DNA of 64,000 nt, taken from Nemertoderma westbladi. Lineage: Eukaryota > Animalia > Xenacoelomorpha. How positions within the stretch are numbered: the first letter of the stretch is position 1; each line of letters begins with the position of its first letter. The stretch spans positions 7,988 to 71,987 of the forward strand of contig JAUCBJ010003249.1 in NCBI GenBank assembly GCA_032718475.1, in the 5' to 3' direction. Positions 50,301 through 62,300 of the stretch are shown in pieces. Under the pieces are notes generated by a model. It was not told the DNA's origin, did not search any database, and saw only the letters and a program-made list of their open reading frames with translations. A program made the position numbers and the translations under genes.

Positions 50301-53300
50301 GGTTGTGTATGGAGTATCTCTCTCTATGGTGACAAAGTACAGTGGGTTGTATATGGAGTATCTCTATGGTGACAAAGTACAGGTGGGTTGTGTATGGAGT
50401 ACTCTCTCTATGGTGACAAAGTACAGGTGGGTTGTATATGGAGTATCTCTATGGTGACAAAGTACAGGTGGGTTGTGTATGGAGTATCTCTCTCTATGGT
50501 GACAAAGTACAGGTGGGTTGTATATGGAGTATCTCTATGGTGACAAAGTACAGGTGGGTTGTGTATGGAGTATCTCTCTCTATGGTGACAAAGTACAGGT
50601 GGGTTGTATATGGAGTATCTCTATGGTGACAAAGTACAGGTGGGTTGTATATGGAGTATCTCTATGGTGACAAAGTACAGGTGGGTTGTATATGGAGTAT
50701 CTCTATGGTGACAAAGTACAGGTGGGTTGTGTATGGAGTATCTCTCTCTATGGTGACAAAGTACAGTGGGTTGTATATGGAGTATCTCTATGGTGACAAA
50801 GTACAGGTGGGTTGTATATGGAGTATCTCTATGGTGACAAAGTACAGGTGGGTTGTATATGGAGTATCTCTATGGTGACAAAGTACAGGTGGGTTGTATA
50901 TGGAGTATCTCTATGGTGACAAAGTACAGTGGGTTGTATATGGAGTATCTCTATGGTGACAAAGTACAGGTGGGTTGTATATGGAGTATCTCTATGGTGA
51001 CAAAGTACAGGTGGGTTGTATATGGAGTATCTCTATGGTGACAAAGTACAGGTGGGTTGTATATGGAGTATCTCTATGGTGATAAAGTACAGTGGGTTGT
51101 ATATGGAGTATCTCTCTCTATGGTGACAAAGTACAGGTGGGTTGTGTATGGAGTATCTCTATGGTGACAAAGTACAGGTGGGTTGTATATGGAGTATCTC
51201 TCTATGGTGACAAAGTACAGGTGGGTTGTGTATGGAGTATCTCTATGGTGATAAAGTACAGTGGGTTGTATATGGAGTATCTCTATGGTGACAAAGTACA
51301 GTGGGTTGTATATGGAGTATCTCTATGGTGACAAAGTACAGGTGGGTTGTATATGGAGTATCTCTCTCTATGGTGACAAAGTACAGGTGGGTTGTGTATG
51401 GAGTATCTCTATGGTGACAAAGTACAGGTGGGTTGTATATGGAGTATCTCTATGGTGACAAAGTACAGGTGGGTTGTGTATGGAGTATCTCTCTCTATGG
51501 TGACAAAGTACAGGTGGGTTGTGTATGGAGTATCTCTATGGTGACAAAGTACAGGTGGGTTGTATATGGAGTATCTCTATGGTGACAAAGTACAGGTGGG
51601 TTGTGTATGGAGTATCTCTATGGTGATAAAGTACAGGTGGGTTGTGTATGGAGTATCTCTATGGTGACAAAGTACAGGTGGGTTGTATATGGAGTATCTC
51701 TCTCTATGGTGACAAAGTACAGGTGGGTTGTGTATGGAGTATCTCTATGGTGATAAAGTACAGTGGGTTGTATATGGAGTATCTCTATGGTGACAAAGTA
51801 CAGGTGGGTTGTATATGGAGTATCTCTCTCTATGGTGACAAAGTACAGGTGGGTTGTGTATGGAGTATCTCTATGGTGACAAAGTACAGGTGGGTTGTAT
51901 ATGGAGTATCTCTATGGTGACAAAGTACAGGTGGGTTGTGTATGGAGTATCTCTATGGTGATAAAGTACAGGTGGGTTGTGTATGGAGTATCTCTATGGT
52001 GACAAAGTACAGGTGGGTTGTATATGGAGTATCTCCTCTATGGTGACAAAGTACAGGTGGGTTGTGTATGGAGTATCTCTATGGTGATAAAGTACAGGTG
52101 GGTTGTGTATGGAGTATCTCTATGGTGACAAAGTACAGTGGGTTGTATATGGAGTATCTCTATGGTGACAAAGTACAGGTGGGTTGTGTATGGAGTATCT
52201 CTATGGTGATAAAGTACAGTGGGTTGTATATGGAGTATCTCTATGGTGACAAAGTACAGGTGGGTTGTGTATGGAGTATCTCTATGGTGACAAAGTACAG
52301 GTGGGTTGTATATGGAGTATCTCTATGGTGACAAAGTACAGGTGGGTTGTGTATGGAGTATCTCTCTCTATGGTGACAAAGTACAGGTGGGTTGTGTATG
52401 GAGTATCTCTATGGTGACAAAGTACAGGTGGGTTGTATATGGAGTATCTCTATGGTGACAAAGTACAGGTGGGTTGTGTATGGAGTATCTCTATGGTGAT
52501 AAAGTACAGGTGGGTTGTGTATGGAGTATCTCTATGGTGACAAAGTACAGGTGGGTTGTATATGGAGTATCTCTCTCTATGGTGACAAAGTACAGTGGGT
52601 TGTATATGGAGTATCTCTATGGTGATAAAGTACAGGTGGGTTGTATATGGAGTATCTCTATGGTGACAAAGTACAGGTGGGTTGTGTATGGAGTATCTCT
52701 ATGGTGATAAAGTACAGTGGGTTGTATATGGAGTATCTCTATGGTGATAAAGTACAGGTGGGTTGTATATGGAGTATCTCTATGGTGACAAAGTACAGGT
52801 GGGTTGTATATGGAGTATCTCCATGGTGACAAAGTACAGGTGGGTTGTATATGGAGTATCTCCATGGTGACAAAGTACAGGTGGGTTGTATATGGAGTAT
52901 CTCTATGGTGATAAAGTACAGTGGGTTGTATATGGAGTATCTCTATGGTGATAAAGTACAGGTGGGTTGTATATGGAGTATCTCTATGGTGACAAAGTAC
53001 AGGTGGGTTGTATATGGAGTATCTCCATGGTGACAAAGTACAGGTGGGTTGTGTATGGAGTATCTCTATGGTGATAAAGTACAGTGGGTTGTATATGGAG
53101 TATCTCTATGGTGACAAAGTACAGGTGGGTTGTATATGGAGTATCTCTATGGTGACAAAGTACAGGTGGGTTGTATATGGAGTATCTCCATGGTGACAAA
53201 GTACAGGTGGGTTGTATATGGAGTATCTCTATGGTGACAAAGTACAGTGGGTTGTATATGGAGTATCTCTATGGTGACAAAGTACAGGTGGGTTGTATAT

Positions 53301-56300
53301 GGAGTATCTCCATGGTGACAAAGTACAGGTGGGTTGTATATGGAGTATCTCTATGGTGACAAAGTACAGGTGGGTTGTATATGGAGTATCTCTCTCTATG
53401 GTGACAAAGTACAGGTGGGTTGTATATGGAGTATCTCCATGGTGACAAAGTACAGGTGGGTTGTATATGGAGTATCTCCATGGTGACAAAGTACAGGTGG
53501 GTTGTATATGGAGTATCTCTATGGTGACAAAGTACAGTGGGTTGTATATGGAGTATCTCCATGGTGACAAAGTACAGGTGGGTTGTATATGGAGTATCTC
53601 CATGGTGACAAAGTACAGGTGGGTTGTATATGGAGTATCTCCATGGTGACAAAGTACAGGTGGGTTGTATATGGAGTATCTCTATGGTGACAAAGTACAG
53701 TGGGTTGTATATGGAGTATCTCTATGGTGACAAAGTACAGGTGGGTTGTATATGGAGTATCTCCATGGTGACAAAGTACAGGTGGGTTGTATATGGAGTA
53801 TCTCTATGGTGACAAAGTACAGGTGGGTTGTATATGGAGTATCTCTCTCTATGGTGACAAAGTACAGGTGGGTTGTATATGGAGTATCTCCATGGTGACA
53901 AAGTACAGGTGGGTTGTATATGGAGTATCTCCATGGTGACAAAGTACAGGTGGGTTGTATATGGAGTATCTCTATGGTGACAAAGTACAGGTGGGTTGTA
54001 TATGGAGTATCTCTCTCTATGGTGACAAAGTACAGGTGGGTTGTATATGGAGTATCTCTATGGTGATAAAGTACAGTGGGTTGTATATGGAGTATCTCTA
54101 TGGTGACAAAGTACAGGTGGGTTGTATATGGAGTATCTCCATGGTGACAAAGTACAGGTGGGTTGTATATGGAGTATCTCTATGGTGACAAAGTACAGTG
54201 GGTTGTATATGGAGTATCTCTATGGTGACAAAGTACAGTGGGTTGTGTATGGAGTATCTCTATGGTGATAAAGTACAGTGGGTTGTGTATGGAGTATCTC
54301 TATGGTGACAAAGTACAGTGGGTTGTGTATGGAGTATCTCTATGGTGACAAAGTACAGTGGGTTGTGTATGGAGTATCTCTATGGTGACAAAGTACAGTG
54401 GGTTGTATATGGAGTATCTCTATGGTGACAAAGTACAGTGGGTTGTGTATGGAGTATCTCTATGGTGACAAAGTACAGTGGGTTGTGTATGGAGTATCTC
54501 TATGGTGACAAAGTACAGTGGGTTGTATATGGAGTATCTCTATGGTGACAAAGTACAGTGGGTTGTGTATGGAGTATCTCTATGGTGACAAAGTACAGTG
54601 GGTTGTGTATGGAGTATCTCTATGGTGACAAAGTACAGTGGGTTGTGTATGGAGTATCTCTATGGTGACAAAGTACAGTGGGTTGTGTATGGAGTATCTC
54701 TATGGTGACAAAGTACAGTGGGTTGTGTATGGAGTATCTCTATGGTGACAAAGTACAGTGGGTTGTGTATGGAGTATCTCTATGGTGACAAAGTACAGTG
54801 GGTTGTGTATGGAGTATCTCTATGGTGACAAAGTACAGTGGGTTGTGTATGGAGTATCTCTATGGTGACAAAGTACAGGTGGGTTGTGTATGGAGTATCT
54901 CTATGGTGACAAAGTACAGGTGGGTTGTATATGGAGTATCTCCATGGTGACAAAGTACAGGTGGGTTGTATATGGAGTATCTCTATGGTGACAAAGTACA
55001 GTGGGTTGTATATGGAGTATCTCTATGGTGACAAAGTACAGTGGGTTGTGTATGGAGTATCTCTATGGTGACAAAGTACAGTGGGTTGTGTATGGAGTAT
55101 CTCTATGGTGACAAAGTACAGTGGGTTGTGTATGGAGTATCTCTATGGTGACAAAGTACAGTGGGTTGTGTATGGAGTATCTCTATGGTGACAAAGTACA
55201 GTGGGTTGTGTATGGAGTATCTCTATGGTGACAAAGTACAGTGGGTTGTGTATGGAGTATCTCTATGGTGACAAAGTACAGTGGGTTGTGTATGGAGTAT
55301 CTCTATGGTGACAAAGTACAGTGGGTTGTGTATGGAGTATCTCTATGGTGACAAAGTACAGTGGGTTGTGTATGGAGTATCTCTATGGTGACAAAGTACA
55401 GTGGGTTGTGTATGGAGTATCTCTATGGTGACAAAGTACAGTGGGTTGTGTATGGAGTATCTCTATGGTGACAAAGTACAGGTGGGTTGTGTATGGAGTA
55501 TCTCTATGGTGACAAAGTACAGGTGGGTTGTATATGGAGTATCTCCATGGTGACAAAGTACAGGTGGGTTGTATATGGAGTATCTCTATGGTGACAAAGT
55601 ACAGTGGGTTGTGTATGGAGTATCTCTATGGTGACAAAGTACAGTGGGTTGTGTATGGAGTATCTCTATGGTGACAAAGTACAGTGGGTTGTGTATGGAG
55701 TATCTCTATGGTGACAAAGTACAGTGGGTTGTGTATGGAGTATCTCTATGGTGACAAAGTACAGTGGGTTGTGTATGGAGTATCTCTATGGTGACAAAGT
55801 ACAGGTGGGTTGTGTATGGAGTATCTCTATGGTGACAAAGTACAGGTGGGTTGTATATGGAGTATCTCCATGGTGACAAAGTACAGGTGGGTTGTATATG
55901 GAGTATCTCTATGGTGACAAAGTACAGTGGGTTGTGTATGGAGTATCTCTATGGTGACAAAGTACAGTGGGTTGTGTATGGAGTATCTCTATGGTGACAA
56001 AGTACAGTGGGTTGTGTATGGAGTATCTCTATGGTGACAAAGTACAGTGGGTTGTGTATGGAGTATCTCTATGGTGACAAAGTACAGGTGGGTTGTGTAT
56101 GGAGTATCTCTATGGTGATAAAGTACAGTGGGTTGTATATGGAGTATCTCTATGGTGACAAAGTACAGGTGGGTTGTATATGGAGTATCTCTATGGTGAC
56201 AAAGTACAGGTGGGTTGTATATGGAGTATCTCTATGGTGACAAAGTACAGTGGGTTGTATATGGAGTATCTCTATGGTGACAAAGTACAGGTGGGTTGTG

Positions 56301-59300
56301 TATGGAGTATCTCTATGGTGACAAAGTACAGTGGGTTGTGTATGGAGTATCTCTATGGTGATAAAGTACAGTGGGTTGTATATGGAGTATCTCTATGGTG
56401 ACAAAGTACAGGTGGGTTGTATATGGAGTATCTCCATGGTGACAAAGTACAGGTGGGTTGTATATGGAGTATCTCCATGGTGACAAAGTACAGGTGGGTT
56501 GTATATGGAGTATCTCCATGGTGACAAAGTACAGGTGGGTTGTATATGGAGTATCTCTATGGTGACAAAGTACAGTGGGTTGTATATGGAGTATCTCTAT
56601 GGTGACAAAGTACAGGTGGGTTGTATATGGAGTATCTCTATGGTGACAAAGTACAGGTGGGTTGTATATGGAGTATCTCTCTCTATGGTGACAAAGTACA
56701 GGTGGGTTGTATATGGAGTATCTCTATGGTGATAAAGTACAGGTGGGTTGTATATGGAGTATCTCTCTCTATGGTGACAAAGTACAGGTGGGTTGTATAT
56801 GGAGTATCTCCATGGTGACAAAGTACAGGTGGGTTGTATATGGAGTATCTCTATGGTGACAAAGTACAGTGGGTTGTATATGGAGTATCTCTATGGTGAC
56901 AAAGTACAGGTGGGTTGTATATGGAGTATCTCTCTATGGTGACAAAGTACAGGTGGGTTGTATATGGAGTATCTCTATGGTGATAAAGTACAGTGGGTTG
57001 TATATGGAGTATCTCTATGGTGACAAAGTACAGGTGGGTTGTATATGGAGTATCTCCATGGTGACAAAGTACAGGTGGGTTGTATATGGAGTATCTCCAT
57101 GGTGACAAAGTACAGGTGGGTTGTATATGGAGTATCTCCATGGTGACAAAGTACAGGTGGGTTGTATATGGAGTATCTCTATGGTGACAAAGTACAGGTG
57201 GGTTGTATATGGAGTATCTCTATGGTGACAAAGTACAGGTGGGTTGTATATGGAGTATCTCTATGGTGACAAAGTACAGGTGGGTTGTATATGGAGTATC
57301 TCTCATGGTGACAAAGTACAGGTGGGTTGTATATGGAGTATCTCTATGGTGATAAAGTACAGGTGGGTTGTATATGGAGTATCTCTCTCTATGGTGACAA
57401 AGTACAGGTGGGTTGTATATGGAGTATCTCCATGGTGACAAAGTACAGGTGGGTTGTATATGGAGTATCTCTATGGTGACAAAGTACAGTGGGTTGTATA
57501 TGGAGTATCTCTATGGTGACAAAGTACAGGTGGGTTGTATATGGAGTATCTCTCTATGGTGACAAAGTACAGGTGGGTTGTATATGGAGTATCTCTATGG
57601 TGATAAAGTACAGTGGGTTGTATATGGAGTATCTCTATGGTGACAAAGTACAGGTGGGTTGTATATGGAGTATCTCCATGGTGACAAAGTACAGGTGGGT
57701 TGTATATGGAGTATCTCTATGGTGATAAAGTACAGTGGGTTGTATATGGAGTATCTCTATGGTGACAAAGTACAGGTGGGTTGTATATGGAGTATCTCCA
57801 TGGTGACAAAGTACAGGTGGGTTGTATATGGAGTATCTCTATGGTGACAAAGTACAGTGGGTTGTATATGGAGTATCTCTATGGTGACAAAGTACAGTGG
57901 GTTGTATATGGAGTATCTCTATGGTGATAAAGTACAGTGGGTTGTATATGGAGTATCTCTATGGTGACAAAGTACAGGTGGGTTGTATATGGAGTATCTC
58001 TATGGTGACAAAGTACAGGTGGGTTGTATATGGAGTATCTCTATGGTGACAAAGTACAGTGGGTTGTATATGGAGTATCTCTATGGTGACAAAGTACAGT
58101 GGGTTGTATATGGAGTATCTCTATGGTGACAAAGTACAGTGGGTTGTATATGGAGTATCTCTATGGTGACAAAGTACAGTGGGTTGTATATGGAGTATCT
58201 CTATGGTGACAAAGTACAGGTGGGTTGTATATGGAGTATCTCTATGGTGACAAAGTACAGGTGGGTTGTATATGGAGTATCTCTATGGTGACAAAGTACA
58301 GTGGGTTGTATATGGAGTATCTCTATGGTGACAAAGTACAGGTGGGTTGTATATGGAGTATCTCTATGGTGACAAAGTACAGTGGGTTGTATATGGAGTA
58401 TCTCTATGGTGACAAAGTACAGGTGGGTTGTATATGGAGTATCTCTATGGTGATAAAGTACAGTGGGTTGTATATGGAGTATCTCTATGGTGACAAAGTA
58501 CAGGTGGGTTGTATATGGAGTATCTCTATGGTGACAAAGTACAGGTGGGTTGTATATGGAGTATCTCTATGGTGACAAAGTACAGTGGGTTGTATATGGA
58601 GTATCTCTATGGTGATAAAGTACAGGTGGGTTGTATATGGAGTATCTCTATGGTGACAAAGTACAGTGGGTTGTATATGGAGTATCTCTATGGTGACAAA
58701 GTACAGGTGGGTTGTATATGGAGTATCTCTATGGTGACAAAGTACAGGTGGGTTGTATATGGAGTATCTCTATGGTGATAAAGTACAGTGGGTTGTATAT
58801 GGAGTATCTCTATGGTGACAAAGTACAGGTGGGTTGTATATGGAGTATCTCTATGGTGACAAAGTACAGGTGGGTTGTATATGGAGTATCTCTATGGTGA
58901 TAAAGTACAGTGGGTTGTATATGGAGTATCTCTATGGTGACAAAGTACAGGTGGGTTGTATATGGAGTATCTCTATGGTGACAAAGTACAGGTGGGTTGT
59001 ATATGGAGTATCTCTATGGTGACAAAGTACAGGTGGGTTGTATATGGAGTATCTCTATGGTGATAAAGTACAGTGGGTTGTATATGGAGTATCTCTATGG
59101 TGACAAAGTACAGGTGGGTTGTATATGGAGTATCTCTATGGTGACAAAGTACAGGTGGGTTGTATATGGAGTATCTCTATGGTGATAAAGTACAGTGGGT
59201 TGTATATGGAGTATCTCTATGGTGACAAAGTACAGGTGGGTTGTATATGGAGTATCTCTATGGTGACAAAGTACAGGTGGGTTGTATATGGAGTATCTCT

Positions 59301-62300
59301 ATGGTGACAAAGTACAGGTGGGTTGTATATGGAGTATCTCTATGGTGATAAAGTACAGTGGGTTGTATATGGAGTATCTCTATGGTGACAAAGTACAGGT
59401 GGGTTGTATATGGAGTATCTCTATGGTGACAAAGTACAGGTGGGTTGTATATGGAGTATCTCTATGGTGATAAAGTACAGTGGGTTGTATATGGAGTATC
59501 TCTATGGTGACAAAGTACAGGTGGGTTGTATATGGAGTATCTCTATGGTGACAAAGTACAGGTGGGTTGTATATGGAGTATCTCTATGGTGATAAAGTAC
59601 AGTGGGTTGTATATGGAGTATCTCTATGGTGACAAAGTACAGGTGGGTTGTATATGGAGTATCTCTATGGTGACAAAGTACAGGTGGGTTGTATATGGAG
59701 TATCTCTATGGTGACAAAGTACAGGTGGGTTGTATATGGAGTATCTCTATGGTGATAAAGTACAGTGGGTTGTATATGGAGTATCTCTATGGTGACAAAG
59801 TACAGGTGGGTTGTATATGGAGTATCTCTATGGTGACAAAGTACAGGTGGGTTGTATATGGAGTATCTCTATGGTGACAAAGTACAGGTGGGTTGTATAT
59901 GGAGTATCTCTATGGTGATAAAGTACAGGTGGGTTGTATATGGAGTATCTCTATGGTGACAAAGTACAGTGGGTTGTATATGGAGTATCTCTATGGTGAC
60001 AAAGTACAGGTGGGTTGTATATGGAGTATCTCTATGGTGACAAAGTACAGGTGGGTTGTATATGGAGTATCTCTATGGTGACAAAGTACAGGTGGGTTGT
60101 ATATGGAGTATCTCTATGGTGACAAAGTACAGTGGGTTGTATATGGAGTATCTCTATGGTGACAAAGTACAGGTGGGTTGTATATGGAGTATCTCTCTAT
60201 GGTGACAAAGTACAGTGGGTTGTATATGGAGTACTCTCTCTATGGTGATAAAGTACAGTGGGTTGTATATGGAGTATCTCTATGGTGACAAAGTACAGGT
60301 GGGTTGTATATGGAGTATCTCCATGGTGACAAAGTACAGGTGGGTTGTATATGGAGTATCTCTATGGTGATAAAGTACAGTGGGTTGTATATGGAGTATC
60401 TCTCTCTATGGTGATAAAGTACAGTGGGTTGTATATGGAGTATCTCTATGGTGACAAAGTACAGGTGGGTTGTATATGGAGTATCTCCATGGTGACAAAG
60501 TACAGGTGGGTTGTATATGGAGTATCTCCATGGTGACAAAGTACAGGTGGGTTGTATATGGAGTATCTCTATGGTGATAAAGTACAGTGGGTTGTATATG
60601 GAGTATCTCTATGGTGATAAAGTACAGTGGGTTGTATATGGAGTATCTCTATGGTGACAAAGTACAGGTGGGTTGTATATGGAGTATCTCCATGGTGACA
60701 AAGTACAGGTGGGTTGTATATGGAGTATCTCTATGGTGATAAAGTACAGTGGGTTGTATATGGAGTATCTCTATGGTGACAAAGTACAGGTGGGTTGTAT
60801 ATGGAGTATCTCCATGGTGACAAAGTACAGGTGGGTTGTATATGGAGTATCTCTATGGTGACAAAGTACAGGTGGGTTGTATATGGAGTATCTCTATGGT
60901 GATAAAGTACAGTGGGTTGTATATGGAGTATCTCTATGGTGACAAAGTACAGGTGGGTTGTATATGGAGTATCTCCATGGTGACAAAGTACAGGTGGGTT
61001 GTATATGGAGTATCTCTATGGTGATAAAGTACAGTGGGTTGTATATGGAGTATCTCTATGGTGACAAAGTACAGGTGGGTTGTGTATGGAGTATCTCTCT
61101 CTATGGTGACAAAGTACAGGTGGGTTGTATATGGAGTATCTCTATGGTGACAAAGTACAGTGGGTTGTATATGGAGTATCTCTATGGTGACAAAGTACAG
61201 TGGGTTGTGTATGGAGTATCTCTATGGTGACAAAGTACAGGTGGGTTGTATATGGAGTATCTCTATGGTGACAAAGTACAGTGGGTTGTATATGGAGTAT
61301 CTCTATGGTGACAAAGTACAGGTGGGTTGTATATGGAGTATCTCTATGGTGACAAAGTACAGGTGGGTTGTATATGGAGTATCTCTATGGTGACAAAGTA
61401 CAGTGGGTTGTGTATGGAGTATCTCTATGGTGACAAAGTACAGGTGGGTTGTATATGGAGTATCTCTATGGTGACAAAGTACAGTGGGTTGTATATGGAG
61501 TATCTCTATGGTGACAAAGTACAGTGGGTTGTGTATGGAGTATCTCTCTCTATGGTGACAAAGTACAGGTGGGTTGTATATGGAGTATCTCTATGGTGAC
61601 AAAGTACAGTGGGTTGTATATGGAGTATCTCTATGGTGACAAAGTACAGTGGGTTGTGTATGGAGTATCTCTCTCTATGGTGACAAAGTACAGGTGGGTT
61701 GTATATGGAGTATCTCTATGGTGACAAAGTACAGTGGGTTGTATATGGAGTATCTCTATGGTGACAAAGTACAGGTGGGTTGTATATGGAGTATCTCTAT
61801 GGTGACAAAGTACAGGTGGGTTGTATATGGAGTATCTCTATGGTGACAAAGTACAGTGGGTTGTATATGGAGTATCTCTATGGTGACAAAGTACAGGTGG
61901 GTTGTATATGGAGTATCTCTATGGTGACAAAGTACAGTGGGTTGTATATGGAGTATCTCTATGGTGATAAAGTACAGTGGGTTGTATATGGAGTATCTCT
62001 ATGGTGACAAAGTACAGGTGGGTTGTATATGGAGTATCTCTCTCTATGGTGACAAAGTACAGGTGGGTTGTATATGGAGTATCTCTATGGTGACAAAGTA
62101 CAGGTGGGTTGTGTATGGAGTATCTCTATGGTGATAAAGTACAGTGGGTTGTATATGGAGTATCTCTCTCTATGGTGACAAAGTACAGGTGGGTTGTATA
62201 TGGAGTATCTCTATGGTGATAAAGTACAGTGGGTTGTATATGGAGTATCTCTATGGTGATAAAGTACAGGTGGGTTGTGTATGGAGTATCTCTATGGTGA